A stretch of DNA of 46,411 nt from Chromera velia (taxonomy: Eukaryota): assembly GCA_018398765.1 (NCBI GenBank), contig JAHBMJ010000487.1, positions 1 to 46,411 on the forward strand, in the 5' to 3' direction. The notes under the pieces are model-generated. The model had not been told where the DNA came from and ran no database searches. It saw nothing but the letters and a program-made list of their open reading frames with translations. The translations under genes were made by a program, and so were the position numbers. Shown here one piece after another: positions 13,301 to 24,057 of the stretch; the first letter of the stretch is position 1; each line of letters starts with the position of its first letter.

Positions 13301-15700
13301 AGGAAAATAACGGGAGGAGGAAGTGATTTTGTGCACGCCCTGTCCCCTCGATGCTGTTCAGGGCCAAACTCCCTCCTTGCCCTCCTCCCGCAGGTCTGAC
13401 AATCACTTCGCTCACACCCGTAGCAGCCAGGCAGGTAGACAAGGGACGGGCAGGGAGAGTAGAAGAGAAAGAAACACAGTGGGTGAGAAAGCGGGCAAAG
13501 GCGCTCTCCCTCACAACGATACTTCTGACAGCAGCCAAAGCTCGTCGTCCACTTGCACTACCCCCAAAACCCGTCTTCTTTTCCGTTTCCTGTGTCTGAC
13601 CTTTGCCGAATTTTCTCTTCGTGCAGGACAAGCGCAGTGAAGGCCTGAAACTCCTTCAGCCTGCCTCCGTTGCACGCCCGCAGCAGGTCCAACCGACCCA
13701 AAATGCCCCCCCCACTCTCACGCAGGACGTCCTCCACTTCAGCCAACTGACGCTCCCAACTCAACTGCTGATGACATGGGAGGCACTTGGCGGAAGAAAG
13801 CTCAAACACCCGTCTGCAATCTTCCAGAGAAACCTTCGTCGAAGAGGACGAGGAAGCGGACGCTTCTGCAGTTGCACTTCCCGTCTCTGCGCCTGGCTGT
13901 GGGGGGGGAGACGGCGGAGACGGAGACGGACAAGGAGGCTTCGCGAGGAGCGCTCCCCCCGTATTCGTCTCGTCATCAGACCCCCCGAGGGGTTTGCAGT
14001 TGGAGGCACTCGCCCCGATCCTCTTCAAAAGAGCCGACAGCCTGGAGTTCCCCGCAGAGTCGCCGGATCCCGTCGCCACACCGTCGGTTCCCGCACCTCC
14101 GCCTCTTTCTTTTCCCCCTGCTCCTGCACACACACACACACACACATACACAGAGGGGCGGAGCACAGGACGAGATAGAGTGACGGAGGACGGGATGTTG
14201 ATTGGTTTCCTCAAGCAGGAGGTCAAATCTCACTGAAGCGAAGCAATAAACAAAAAAAAAAGATTGAACTTCGAACGATGCACACACGAGCGTCCCCGAA
14301 GACCCACTGTCTGACCGACCAACCAACCAACCTGCCATAACATCGTCGTCAAACGCAATCCCCTCGGCCCCCTGTCCTCCTGCCTCGCCCCCGGTACCGT
14401 TGATTTCCCTCTCCTCCTCTTTCTCCTTCTCCTCTTTCGATTCTGCTTCGTCGACCTTTCCCGTCTTTCCTGTCTCACCCCCCTCCTCTCCACTGGCGTC
14501 TCCTCCCTCCCCCTCCTTATCCGTCTCCTCTCCTTCTGCCGTCTCCTCCTCTAGTTTCAACATCGGAGCAATAAGCTCAAAGTCCAAACCACTGCGCTCA
14601 GACAAACGCCGCACGCTGGTCAATGCCGCAGGAGCGGAGTCGACTGGGATGCCCCGAACGACGTTACGGGGCTGCAGGATGTCGGTGCTCACACAGAACA
14701 GACAGCAGAGGGACTTAAACAGAAGCAGAAGGGTCTTTCGAATCGGTACTACCGACAAGTCTGCAAACGCCTTCGTTGCTTCAAACAGCAAAGTGATCAA
14801 CAAGGGGGGTGCGGAAGGGTCAGAGATCCCACCAGACTGAGCACTCCTCGAATTCCCCCCTGACTCCATCAGCAGGTTGAAATCTCTTTCCTCTCCGTGG
14901 AGGCTCACATAAATGTAAAGAAGATTCAACGCCATGCGAAGCTGACGTGCTAGCATGGCTGGCTCTACGCGGCCCTTCGCTCTCTCCCCTTCATCATCCC
15001 CATTGGCGGAGTCTGCTGACCCTCCCCCCTGCACCCATTCCGTTTGGAGTCTTCCGAAGTGAACTGATAGCTCGGAACCGCTCTCATTCCCATCATCGGA
15101 GGGACACGGGGAGTTAAAATTGGTCTTCAAGGTCGCCCCGGTGTCCCCTTGCGGCCCCCCTTGCTCGATTGCAGTGCGAAGAACAGATTCAAAATATCGG
15201 ACAAAGCAGGGATAAGCACCGTAGTCGGAGAGCAGCTTGGAGTTCAACCGCACCCGTCTCACAAGCTCTTCGGGAGACAGACGAAAATCTCCAGCACTAC
15301 ACCCCAAGGAAATGCACTGGAGGGCGCAGGCTGCTTCGTATCTCTGGTCCTGGTTTGTGGTTTCCAGTCTCTCTAAGAGAAGGGGTATGAGGGGGCGGCA
15401 GTCAACCAGTGGGAGCGGGGAAGGGGACGCTGTGCTCACTTGACTCAGAGCGACACTGCTTTTCTCCTGAGACGAAAATCCTTTCCCCTTCGCTCCCGGT
15501 TCCCCGTGCTTCCGAAGAAGCCGGAAAAAGATCACAAGACATGAAACAAAGTCCTTGGGCTCTCCGGCATAGAAAAAGTCATCGAGAAACAAAATGTCAC
15601 TCAAGGCCGGATTCAGAGAAGCCACAGTGTCTGCCTTCCTTGCGCCCCCTTTTCCTCCCTCCCCCCCAGGCAGAGCCTTCAGTCGAGGGGGGGACTCCAT
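2313..15700 (-). CDS. STRIP1/2 (FAM40)/Far11-family STRIPAK complex subunit (N1221 + DUF3402 domains), giant form, >=14 exons; 3' end runs into an assembly gap
   Basis: Phase-consistent GT-AG exons: 15700-14332, 14123-13601, 12925-12865, 12551-12477, 12136-12052, 11811-10453, 10101-9969, 9638-9515, 9278-7518, 7191-7130, 6775-6712, 6406-6309, 6099-6005, 5656-<=2313. Motifs matching STRIP/Far11: LLERLE..RYEAACALQCISLG; PIRKTLLLLFKSL; LPEAIREALEIM; VVMLLRILL; KHREILAAAVAGILLILLK..QFSSLTQLIADSNGALVVLKYLNQD; LLRLLRVLYFLTK..YKAPFVLRR..MKLLKRQMRYLPKKWKQTNMRTVSSVY..IDDWL; C-terminal YEEWLHREVL. The stop codon lies in or beyond the N gap (TAG at 2070-2072 is only possible). Confidence 0.9.
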
Positions 15701-16432
15701 CAGACACTCTCTCAGACGAAAAAGAGAAACGGACAGAGCAGACAAAGAAAAATTAGACACACAGCAAGCACGCGGTGCACGGCCTCTTCACACGCAGCTC
15801 TGCCGAACAAAAAAGGGGAAAGAGGGACGATGCAACTCTGAAGTCGATCACTTCATTTTGAAAGCCGAAAAATCTTCCTCGACCTTTCCGGGTGCGCACA
15901 TCGCGAAACAGAGACAAATGATTACGCAGCGCACACCTGCTCTGTGCCACCTGGAGAAGAGTCGGGCAAGCGCGAGAAGACGTTGGAGGATGTTGGAGGT
16001 GGGCCTGTCAGGCCGACAGATCCGATCGACAGAATGTTGAGTGGATCGTCGCGGCGTCTCGCGGCCGCGGCGGCTGACGCACGCGCGCCCCATGCGCGTC
16101 CCACGCAAATAATTTGTCGCCCTAGCTTAATATTTCCGTGCACGGGCCTTTTATTTTTTTTTTTCTTATGGCCCCCACGCAAATTCTGAGCTGCATGCCC
16201 TTTGACAGTGCATGCTCAGCAACAAACACCGCATGAGGTCTTCTGACAGTGTCAACCCTCTTTTGATGTATATATGAATGTATTAACAGCGACTTACGCA
16301 AAAACGGAAAATCGACATACCTAGGCTCCCAGCTTTGCTTCGCAGTTGGCCTTGCGGTGAGCAGCAGTGAGTTTCTTTCCACAGTCTGACAGCGATTCAA
16401 GCCCAAGCACGTTTCATTGATTGTATCGAACA
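15701..16432. promoter_or_regulatory. Short divergent (putative bidirectional) promoter region between the STRIP-like and calpain-like genes
   Basis: The two ATGs (15700 minus, 16433 plus) are separated by 732 bp. A CG-rich core lies at about 16048-16105 (cgcggcgtctcgcggccgcggcggctgacgcacgcgcg). Confidence 0.55.
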
Positions 16433-19400
16433 ATGTCGGACAGTGCCGCCCCGCCACCGGGCATCGGGATTCCTCTCGAGAGCATTGATGAGCTGAAACG
16501 CAAATTTGTCCTTACCTCGACACTTCCCCAGAAACTGGATGAATTGAAAGCGCTTGAACAAGCAAAGCAACGCCAGCAGGCCAAAGCAGACAAACTCAGG
16601 TCAGACATTTTCGTTTATCCACATGCATGTATGTGTGCATGTGTCCCTTTTTGTCCAACGATCCCGCCTGTACCTCATCTGTACATCTGTGTGCAGTTCG
16701 GAGATCAACAACCTCCTCTGTGCTACCGGAGTTCCCCTCAGTGCATTCCTGAATGCAAAAGACCCACGCAAGCCACCGGGCTCTTTCCAGATTATGTCAG
16801 TGAGTCAACCGGCAAGTATATGTATATATCCGTGTGCATCCTCACGAAGAAGTGAATCCGGAATCAGGAAATTTTTCTCAGCAGAAGCATATGGGCTGTC
16901 AGATACAAAAGGCAAAAGCAAACTGAGTGAGTGGGAGAGAAAGCCGCTGTAACATTGAGCGGAAAGCTTGGAGCATTAATATTCGTTTGCACGCATTCTG
17001 AATTAAGCACGTCATTGAGGCTATTGACACCGATTATCTAAGCTTTCAGGCTGCTGTTTCATTCCTTTGGTGCGCGTTTATGTCAATCGAAGCGATAATT
17101 GCGCATCTGCCAGGCTGGAAACTCGAACATGCAACCCTTTAATTTTTGCCGTCCAAGAAACGAAGAGTCCCCGTCCAATCCGGGATTCTCCCAATGCAGT
17201 TACCTCCCGCTTCTCCAGCACGTGTTCAGGCAAGTATTGAAGGATTGGGACACAGAACATGACTGACTGACTGACTGACTGACTGACTGACTGACTGACT
17301 GACTGAATGAATGAATGAATGAATGAATGAATGAATTGAATGAATGAATGAATGAATGAATGAATGAATGAATGAAAGAAAGAAAGAAAGAAAGAATGAA
17401 TGAATGAATGAATAAATGAATGAATGAGTGAATGAGTGAATGAGTGAATGAGTGAATGAGTGAATGAATGAATGAATGAATGAATGAATGCAAGAATGCA
17501 GACAGAGCGCATCGGAGGGAGACGGCGAGTACTCCCGACTTTCAGAGGACGTCAACGGGAGACCTGCCTACAGCAACAAGCAGGGACTCGCCTTCTGGTG
17601 GGTTCAAAAGGGGGGAAGAAACAGAGTCTCGCTGCCGATTCTGTGCAGGCTCCAGAAGGCATATGATTACTTAAATTGAATTTTCCTTCTCTACATCATT
17701 CGCACGAGGCTCGAACTGCGTCAGCTTTCCTTCCTTGTTTCTCTCTTGGGCTGTTCATGTATCGTCTCTTTGTGCCTCTTTGAATTGCTCTTCCACAGAC
17801 ACACCAATCCCTCCCTTCCCCTTCTGTCAGGTTCGATAAAGACCAGGACAGATGGGTGATGGGCCTCCAGGTTGGCGTCCCCCGTTCCCTCATCTGCAGC
17901 TGTGCAGACCCCCTCGCACTCTCCCCCCCCGACTGCGCCCCTTCAGAGTGGACCGACAGAAACGGAAACAAAATTGACGACATGAGAATGCTCAGACCCA
18001 TCAACGAAGACGAAGGGGAGCCCACCGGAGAAGAAGAGAAAAACGAAGAAGGAGAACCGGAATCCACCGTCACACCGGCAGACACCAAGCCGCCGGCAGA
18101 ACCTGCCGCTGCCTCCAAAGCCTTACCGCCCGCAGACGCTCCGCCAGAGACAAAGAAACCGGCAGAAGAGGCCAAGCCGGAACCCTCCGCCGCCCCTAAG
18201 CCCACACCGCCCGCAGACACTCCGCCAGAGACAAAGAAGCCGGCAGAGGAAGCTAAGCCGGAACCCCCCGCCGCCCCTAAGCCCACACCGCCCGCAGACG
18301 CTCCGCCAGAGACAAAGAAGCCGACAGAAGAGGCCAAGCCGGAACCCCCCGCCGCCCCTAAGCCCACACCGCCCGCAGACGCTCCGCCAGAGACAAAGAA
18401 ACCGGCAGAGGAAGCTAAGCCGGAACCCCCCGCCGCCCCTAAGCCCACACCGCCCGCAGACGCTCCGCCAGAGACAAAGAAGCCGACAGAGGAGGCCAAG
18501 CCGGAACTTCCCGCCGCCCCTGAGCCCACACCGCCCGCAGACGCTCCGCCAGAGACAAAGAAGCCGGCAGAGAAAAACAAACCAGAAGCTTCCACTCCAC
18601 CCAAAGCCCCCCCCCCACCAGAATTCGAAGGTACGTGAAAAGCAAAATGGGTTTTTCATATTCCTCCATCGCCTTGCTTTTTTTTGTGGCAAAAAGCGTC
18701 GCTCCTCTTGCTATTATTTGAATGATTTCTTTTGAGTGCTCCTCTCTATTTCCTTCCCCTGCTCACCATTCCAATCACGCTTTCCCTGCATGGCTCCTCC
18801 TTCCGTCTCCATCCACCCTGCATGCACACGCGTCCAGAAAGATGCATCAAACCTGCATGCATATTCATTCTCCCTTCCGAAATCCTCCCTCTTCCCCCTC
18901 GCTGCCTGCAGACACAGACTTCCCTGCAAAGAACGTCTCTCTAGGCGACAACCTCCTCCAAAGGGCAGAGAAAATCGCAGCCATCCCGCCGAATCAGTGG
19001 GAGTGGTCCGACCAGCCCGCAGTCGCCACAGGGGACGCCGACCAAAAGTTTCTGGCCCAAATTCGTCCCACAGACGTTCCCACGGACTCCGCACAGATCC
19101 TACAGGCAAGCTGGCTGACCTCTGCCATGACGGCCATGGCGGAGTTTCCTGCCAGTGTCCGATCCAAGTTGTTCCAGAAAGGAGCAGATGAACCCCTCAG
19201 CAAGGAGGGAAAGTCAGTCGATCTAACAATCTGTTTGTCTCTTCTTCTCCCCTTCTGGCAGTCTTTCCGTTGTCAGGCTGTAAATGGTTCATTCAGTCCA
19301 TGAGATGAGCAAATGAGCGATTGAATGTCCGTCCGGTCTGCTGCATGTCCCTTCGGGTCAATTTGCCCAAGAAGACCAATCATACATTGCGGACACACAG

Positions 19401-21116
19401 AAGCAAACAGCTGCATGTTCATGCAGGCATACCATGCATAGAGAGAAGAGAGTGTCTGCATGCATGCGATATTAATAGTTAGTGCCTCGGGTCATCGGAG
19501 GGCATCCGATTTCTCCAGCAGAGAGAGATCCAAAGAGAGAGTAGCCCTGAAAGAGTGAACAGTCTTCCAGAGAGCCATCTGTAGGCAGACAATTAACTGA
19601 ATCTTTCTCTCTCTTTTACCTTGCTTTGCAGGTACACAGTGCGTCTGTTCAACCTTTTGAAATTTGAATTCGAGACAGTGGTCATCGACGACCAGCTGCC
19701 GGTCGATTTGAAGACGAATGTTCCTCTGGGAGGAAAGGGCGAGGTGTGGGCCCACTTGGTTCTCAAGGCTGCTGCGAAGATGGCAGGCACCTACGGGGCG
19801 CTACAAGGTCCTCAGGCTCTGTTTCCGAAAGGAATGGCCATGCTGATAGGCACAGAGACGGACACAGTGCTGTTGGAGCGGTATGTGATTAATCACAACG
19901 CCGCCGCCGCAGCCATCAAAAATGGACCTAGAGACAAGAAGGAGGCAGGAGAGGAAGGGAAAGCTGAGCAGAGATGGGTGAAACAGGATGTGTATTTCCA
20001 GAACCCCGGTGCAGGGGCTGACGCTCCAAAAACGTTGGAGGAGATCCGGTCCAAATCCAGATCTGCAAAATCAAAGGGACCGTCCTCGTCTGAACTCTTC
20101 AAACAACTGGAGCACTATGACTCCAAAGACTTCCCCATGGCTGCCTCGATGGCAGCTCCGCAAACCACCATCCTCCCACCCACCGCCCCCCCCTCTTCAA
20201 TCAATCTGACAGCAGTCGAGGAAGGCGACGCCAGCCCAGCTCCAGCCCCACCTGCCCCCCCCTCAACAGAGTCAAAGGTTGTGATTCCTGTGAAAGAAGC
20301 GGGAGGCAAAGAAGGCGATACCAAACTGAAAGAGTGAGTGCGTAAACTAGTCTACAACATTTCTCCTGTCTTTTACAGTTGACTCTGGAGAGACCATTTC
20401 ATGCATTCTTTTCCGTTTCCGTTCTTGTCCTTCATACTGATGATAGAGAAGTGTATTCGGTTCTGCTGCATTATCTTTCTTCTTTCGGGCTTGACGATTC
20501 TATGTGCTTGACTGTCGTCTACTTTGCTCAGGTATTCTCGGGCTGAATCACTAGAGCTCAATTTAATTGTACCCCGACCTGTCTCTTGTTCCCACTCTGT
20601 CAACGCTTCTGCATTGGAGTGGCACTTTCAACTTCTTCTTTTCAATCCCTCTCTCTCTGTGGTGCTCCCTTGTTGCCTGAGCCGGCATTTCGGTGGGACT
20701 TCAAGGACCTAGCACGACCGCATTCCATATGCCTGTGTGTGTGCATGTATGTGTGGTTCCTCTATGTGTGCAGAATTTCTCTCCGAACGATCCTCTTCCC
20801 CGACTGCGCGTACTCTCTGGTGGGTCTGATCCCTCTGAAGAGACGGGAAGACGAAAAGTACCGAGGGGGGCTGATGCTTCTGAGGGGCCCTCTGCGGGGA
20901 GTGTGGAGGGGGCCCTGGAGTCTGGAGAGCGAGGAGTGGAAGGCACATGCGGGGCTGCAGGAGGAGGTGGAGAAGAGGGTCAAGGGGTGGTTGAACGATC
21001 CGGAATGGACTCTGAAGAGTTCGCAGGAGGGAGACGGCACGCTCCGCGTGTCCATGGCAGAGTTCGAACAGGCCTTCGACAAGATCGATGTCTTCCCCGT
21101 CACTCTCGAGAAATGA
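16433..21116 (+). CDS. Calpain-like (CysPc/peptidase C2 fold) protein, predicted catalytically inactive, with N-terminal Pro/Ala/Glu/Lys repeats; about 770 aa, 5 exons
   Basis: Exons 16433-16599, 17831-18630, 18912-19212, 19632-20333, 20774-21116 (phases consistent). Calpain motifs: FEDTDFPA..SLG; GKYTVRLF..VVIDDQLP; VWAHLVLKAAAKMAGTYGALQG; AYSLVG; WRGPWSLESEEW; GDGTLRVSMAEFEQAFDKIDV. Confidence 0.85.
17260..17490. repeat. Compound tetranucleotide microsatellite (GACT)n-(GAAT)n-(GAAA)n-(GAATGAGT)n in intron 1 of the calpain-like gene
   Basis: Directly visible in the sequence. Confidence 0.95.
18126..18600 (+). repeat. Coding minisatellite, 81-bp unit (27 aa: PPADAPPETKKPAEEAKPEPPAAPKPT), 5 full copies plus a partial sixth
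   Basis: The unit start ccgcccgcagac recurs at 18126, 18207, 18288, 18369, 18450 and 18531. Confidence 0.95.
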
Positions 21117-22089
21117 GGAGAGAAGAGGAAAGAAGAGGAGAGGAAAGAGTGAAAAATAAGAGGACGAGAAGAGAGGGCTTATAGAAAGAGGAAGAGAGAG
21201 AAAATTGGACGGGCACTCGAAGTTCAGGGATGCAACAGTCAAACAGTTGTTGTGAAATGCATAGAATGCGTGTATGTGTCGTTTTCCTCTGCTGGAGTTT
21301 TTTAACTGACTCCTCATTCCCTTTGTATCCCTTTGTCTTTCTGTAAATGACCTCCATAGACCCGTACATCTTCGATTTGACAGTCCTTTTGAAGGCAGCC
21401 AGATCGATTCATTCTGTTTTGAACTGTTCTATTTCTTTGCATGGGTGGTGGCCTAAGTACAGGCAGGAAAGGCGGTGCTCGGTTTCTTACGTATCAAATT
21501 CCGTTATTCTAAAAAATTAGCTAATCCTCAGAAACATAATAATGACGGTATAAATGAACGATTTGCCGACTGAATATAGCAATTGCTGGGGCAATTTACC
21601 AAAAATATATATTTTTTTAATACGTATGAAAATCCGTATGAAGAGACTCGGAAGAATTTCAAAGACGTAAATATAAATTTTCCTGGTAAATCTCACTTAG
21701 CTCTCTAATAGATCTAGTCATAGATTTCACTGTTTATATTAAAAAATCATCATTTACTTTGGTATATCGGTAGCGGTGTGCAGTAAAAACCACAAAAAAA
21801 CACTAAATAGCCCTTAAAATGGAAAAATATAGAAGCCAGTGTGCAAAGATTTGGAGACTGAAAAAAAATACAATAAACAGAAACTGAGCAACAAAACTAG
21901 ACTTAGCAAAGTCATATTTGTTGCTTAATAAGCCTTAACTAGGGCGGAACATATCAATCAATCAATCAATCAATCAATCAATTGTATGAATTTAAGCTGA
22001 GCTTATAAATTAATTGTTGCTGCTAGTTTTTATCATAAAAATTAAATTTAGGAAATGAAACAATAAATCTTAGTTTTAAGTTCATTAAG

Positions 22090-22293
22090 CTAGGCTCCCC
22101 ATACGTAAAAAAATAAAAAAGTTAATTACCCAAAAGCACTTTTACTTTTTATTTTTTTATTTATTTTTTTGAAGCAAACACTTCAAGTTTGAAGCTCAAA
22201 GCTCAGCTGACGCACAAAAATAATAATAAAAAAAAACTAATTCAGGTTTTGACACCCAATTATTTATTTTTTTTTTACGTATGGGGAGCCTAG
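22090..22293. mobile_element. Non-autonomous DNA transposon (MITE), 204 bp, 24-bp perfect TIRs, 8-bp TSD
   Basis: TIR CTAGGCTCCCCATACGTAAAAAAA at 22090-22113 and its reverse complement ending at 22293. Identical flanking duplication TCATTAAG at 22082-22089 and 22294-22301. The interior is AT-rich and non-coding. Confidence 0.9.
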
Positions 22294-23336
22294 TCATTAA
22301 GTACCAAGCTAAGTACCAAAAAGAAAAAAAAAGTAGTCACGATGCAATAAAATAGTTGAAGCTTTATATTAATTGATGGCTTTAATTTGATGCACGTTCT
22401 GACTACCTTATGTATCAAAAGTTAAAAAAAAGATGCAATTTCTGAGTATTTGACGTACATATATTAAATGATATAATTGATCTGATCTGATCTGCAAATG
22501 ATCTGCAACTTGAAGTCACTACGGCAGCAAGAACATTCAAAGATGATAGGATAAGAGTTTGGAGGTCAGTCGACTGACGAAAAGGAAATTGAATGTCGGG
22601 AAAAGAGAGAGAAACTCAGTCCTGTCTCACTTAGAACTGACTGACTGACTGATCGACTTCGATGACAGACAAATGCAGAAACTAAACAAACATACCTATA
22701 CACAAGAGAGGTCCCCTTCTTCCTGTCCTGATGATCTCCTCAGGGTCGGATTGCTTTTGTTCCCTGCACAAGGGAGAAAGAAAGAACAGTTTTAGCTAGA
22801 AAAAGCGGGGCTCTGATTGAATTCAATTCTCCGGGGACTCTTCACCTCTTGCGAGTACTCTCTGTAGTCGACGAAATCAATGGAAGCCATCACCATGCAG
22901 TCATTGAATTTATTCTCCTTTAAGTATCAAATCCTTTCTTTCCTCATGCATGACCTGCCTACGTCGCTCTCTCTGCTTTCCATGCCTCCGCACTACATGC
23001 TTCTTCTTCATTCAACCTGGTGAGCTGCTCGGTGTCCGAGATTTGCATCCTACTGAAGTTTTCTGATTGAGACAAACCGAGAAACAGGCAGGCAAGAGAA
23101 CACGCAGACAGGTATACAAAGCTGCTACCCTCCTTGTCGTCCCTCGACAGAATGTCTCCCTCACGTCCTTTGATCGAACACTTGCTTTCTCTATAGTATG
23201 CTTTCATTACCCTCTTTAGAAAACAAGACACTGTGCCTTTCCCTGTTCGTTTCTCCAAGCAAGTGTAACTCTGAATATGGTACGTCAAAAGAAAACTTTC
23301 TCCTTCAATCCTTTACCCCGCTGTGATGGTTGACCA

Positions 23337-23393
23337 GTGTGTGTGTCTGTGTGTCTGTGTGTGTGTGTGTATGTGTGTGTATGTGTATGTGTA

Positions 23394-23428
<35 letters not shown>

Positions 23429-23429
23429 T

Positions 23430-23477
<48 letters not shown>

Positions 23478-23495
23478 TGTGAGAGAGAGAGAGAG
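23337..23495. repeat. (GT)n/(GTAT)n then (GA)n microsatellite
   Basis: Directly visible in the sequence. Confidence 0.95.
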
Positions 23496-23876
23496 AACTA
23501 ACGACTGAGACACTGACCATGTCTGATTCTAGAGTTTTCACTTGTGACTCTGTATAGCTCGGCAACCCTTAAAAAGACCCGTTGTAAAGACCCATTGTTT
23601 GCCCTTTGTCTCCCAGGCCCCTGTGAAGCTCGTAAAAAAATCAATCCCCCCTCTTTCTTTCTTGCTTTCTCTCAAGCATACATGCTTATATGCAAAGAGT
23701 ATGCCGTACTGTCAGACTCGACAAGGCTACAGAGATCTCTGTCAAAACAGGATCAATCTGCAGCTCCATTATTCCTCGCTTCGTCTTGATCTATCAAGAA
23801 GAGTGATCGACCCGGGAACTGATCGAAAGTCGCCAATGCATGGAAAGTGACTGCCCTACCGAGTTGTTGTGAGACG

Positions 23877-23923
<47 letters not shown>

Positions 23924-23924
23924 A

Positions 23925-23955
<31 letters not shown>

Positions 23956-24057
23956 GCGGAAACGGTGTGGGCCTCTCGGCAAGCCACGTCTCCTCTGCCA
24001 ATCAGCAGAGGTGATATCGATACCGCCTGCATGAAAAGAGCGCTCAATCACTTAACT

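Noticed and set aside
17078..17512. Antisense gene nested in calpain intron 1
   Set aside because: It is mostly microsatellite. The short unique part has no recognisable motif, and (GACT)n also occurs in the sense orientation of other introns.
18126..18600. CRISPR-like regular repeat array
   Set aside because: The units are contiguous and in frame with no unique spacers, the context is eukaryotic, and there are no cas genes.
17696..18604. 302-aa Gly/Ala/Ser-rich minus-strand ORF
   Set aside because: It is the antisense shadow of the 81-bp coding repeat in the calpain-like gene.
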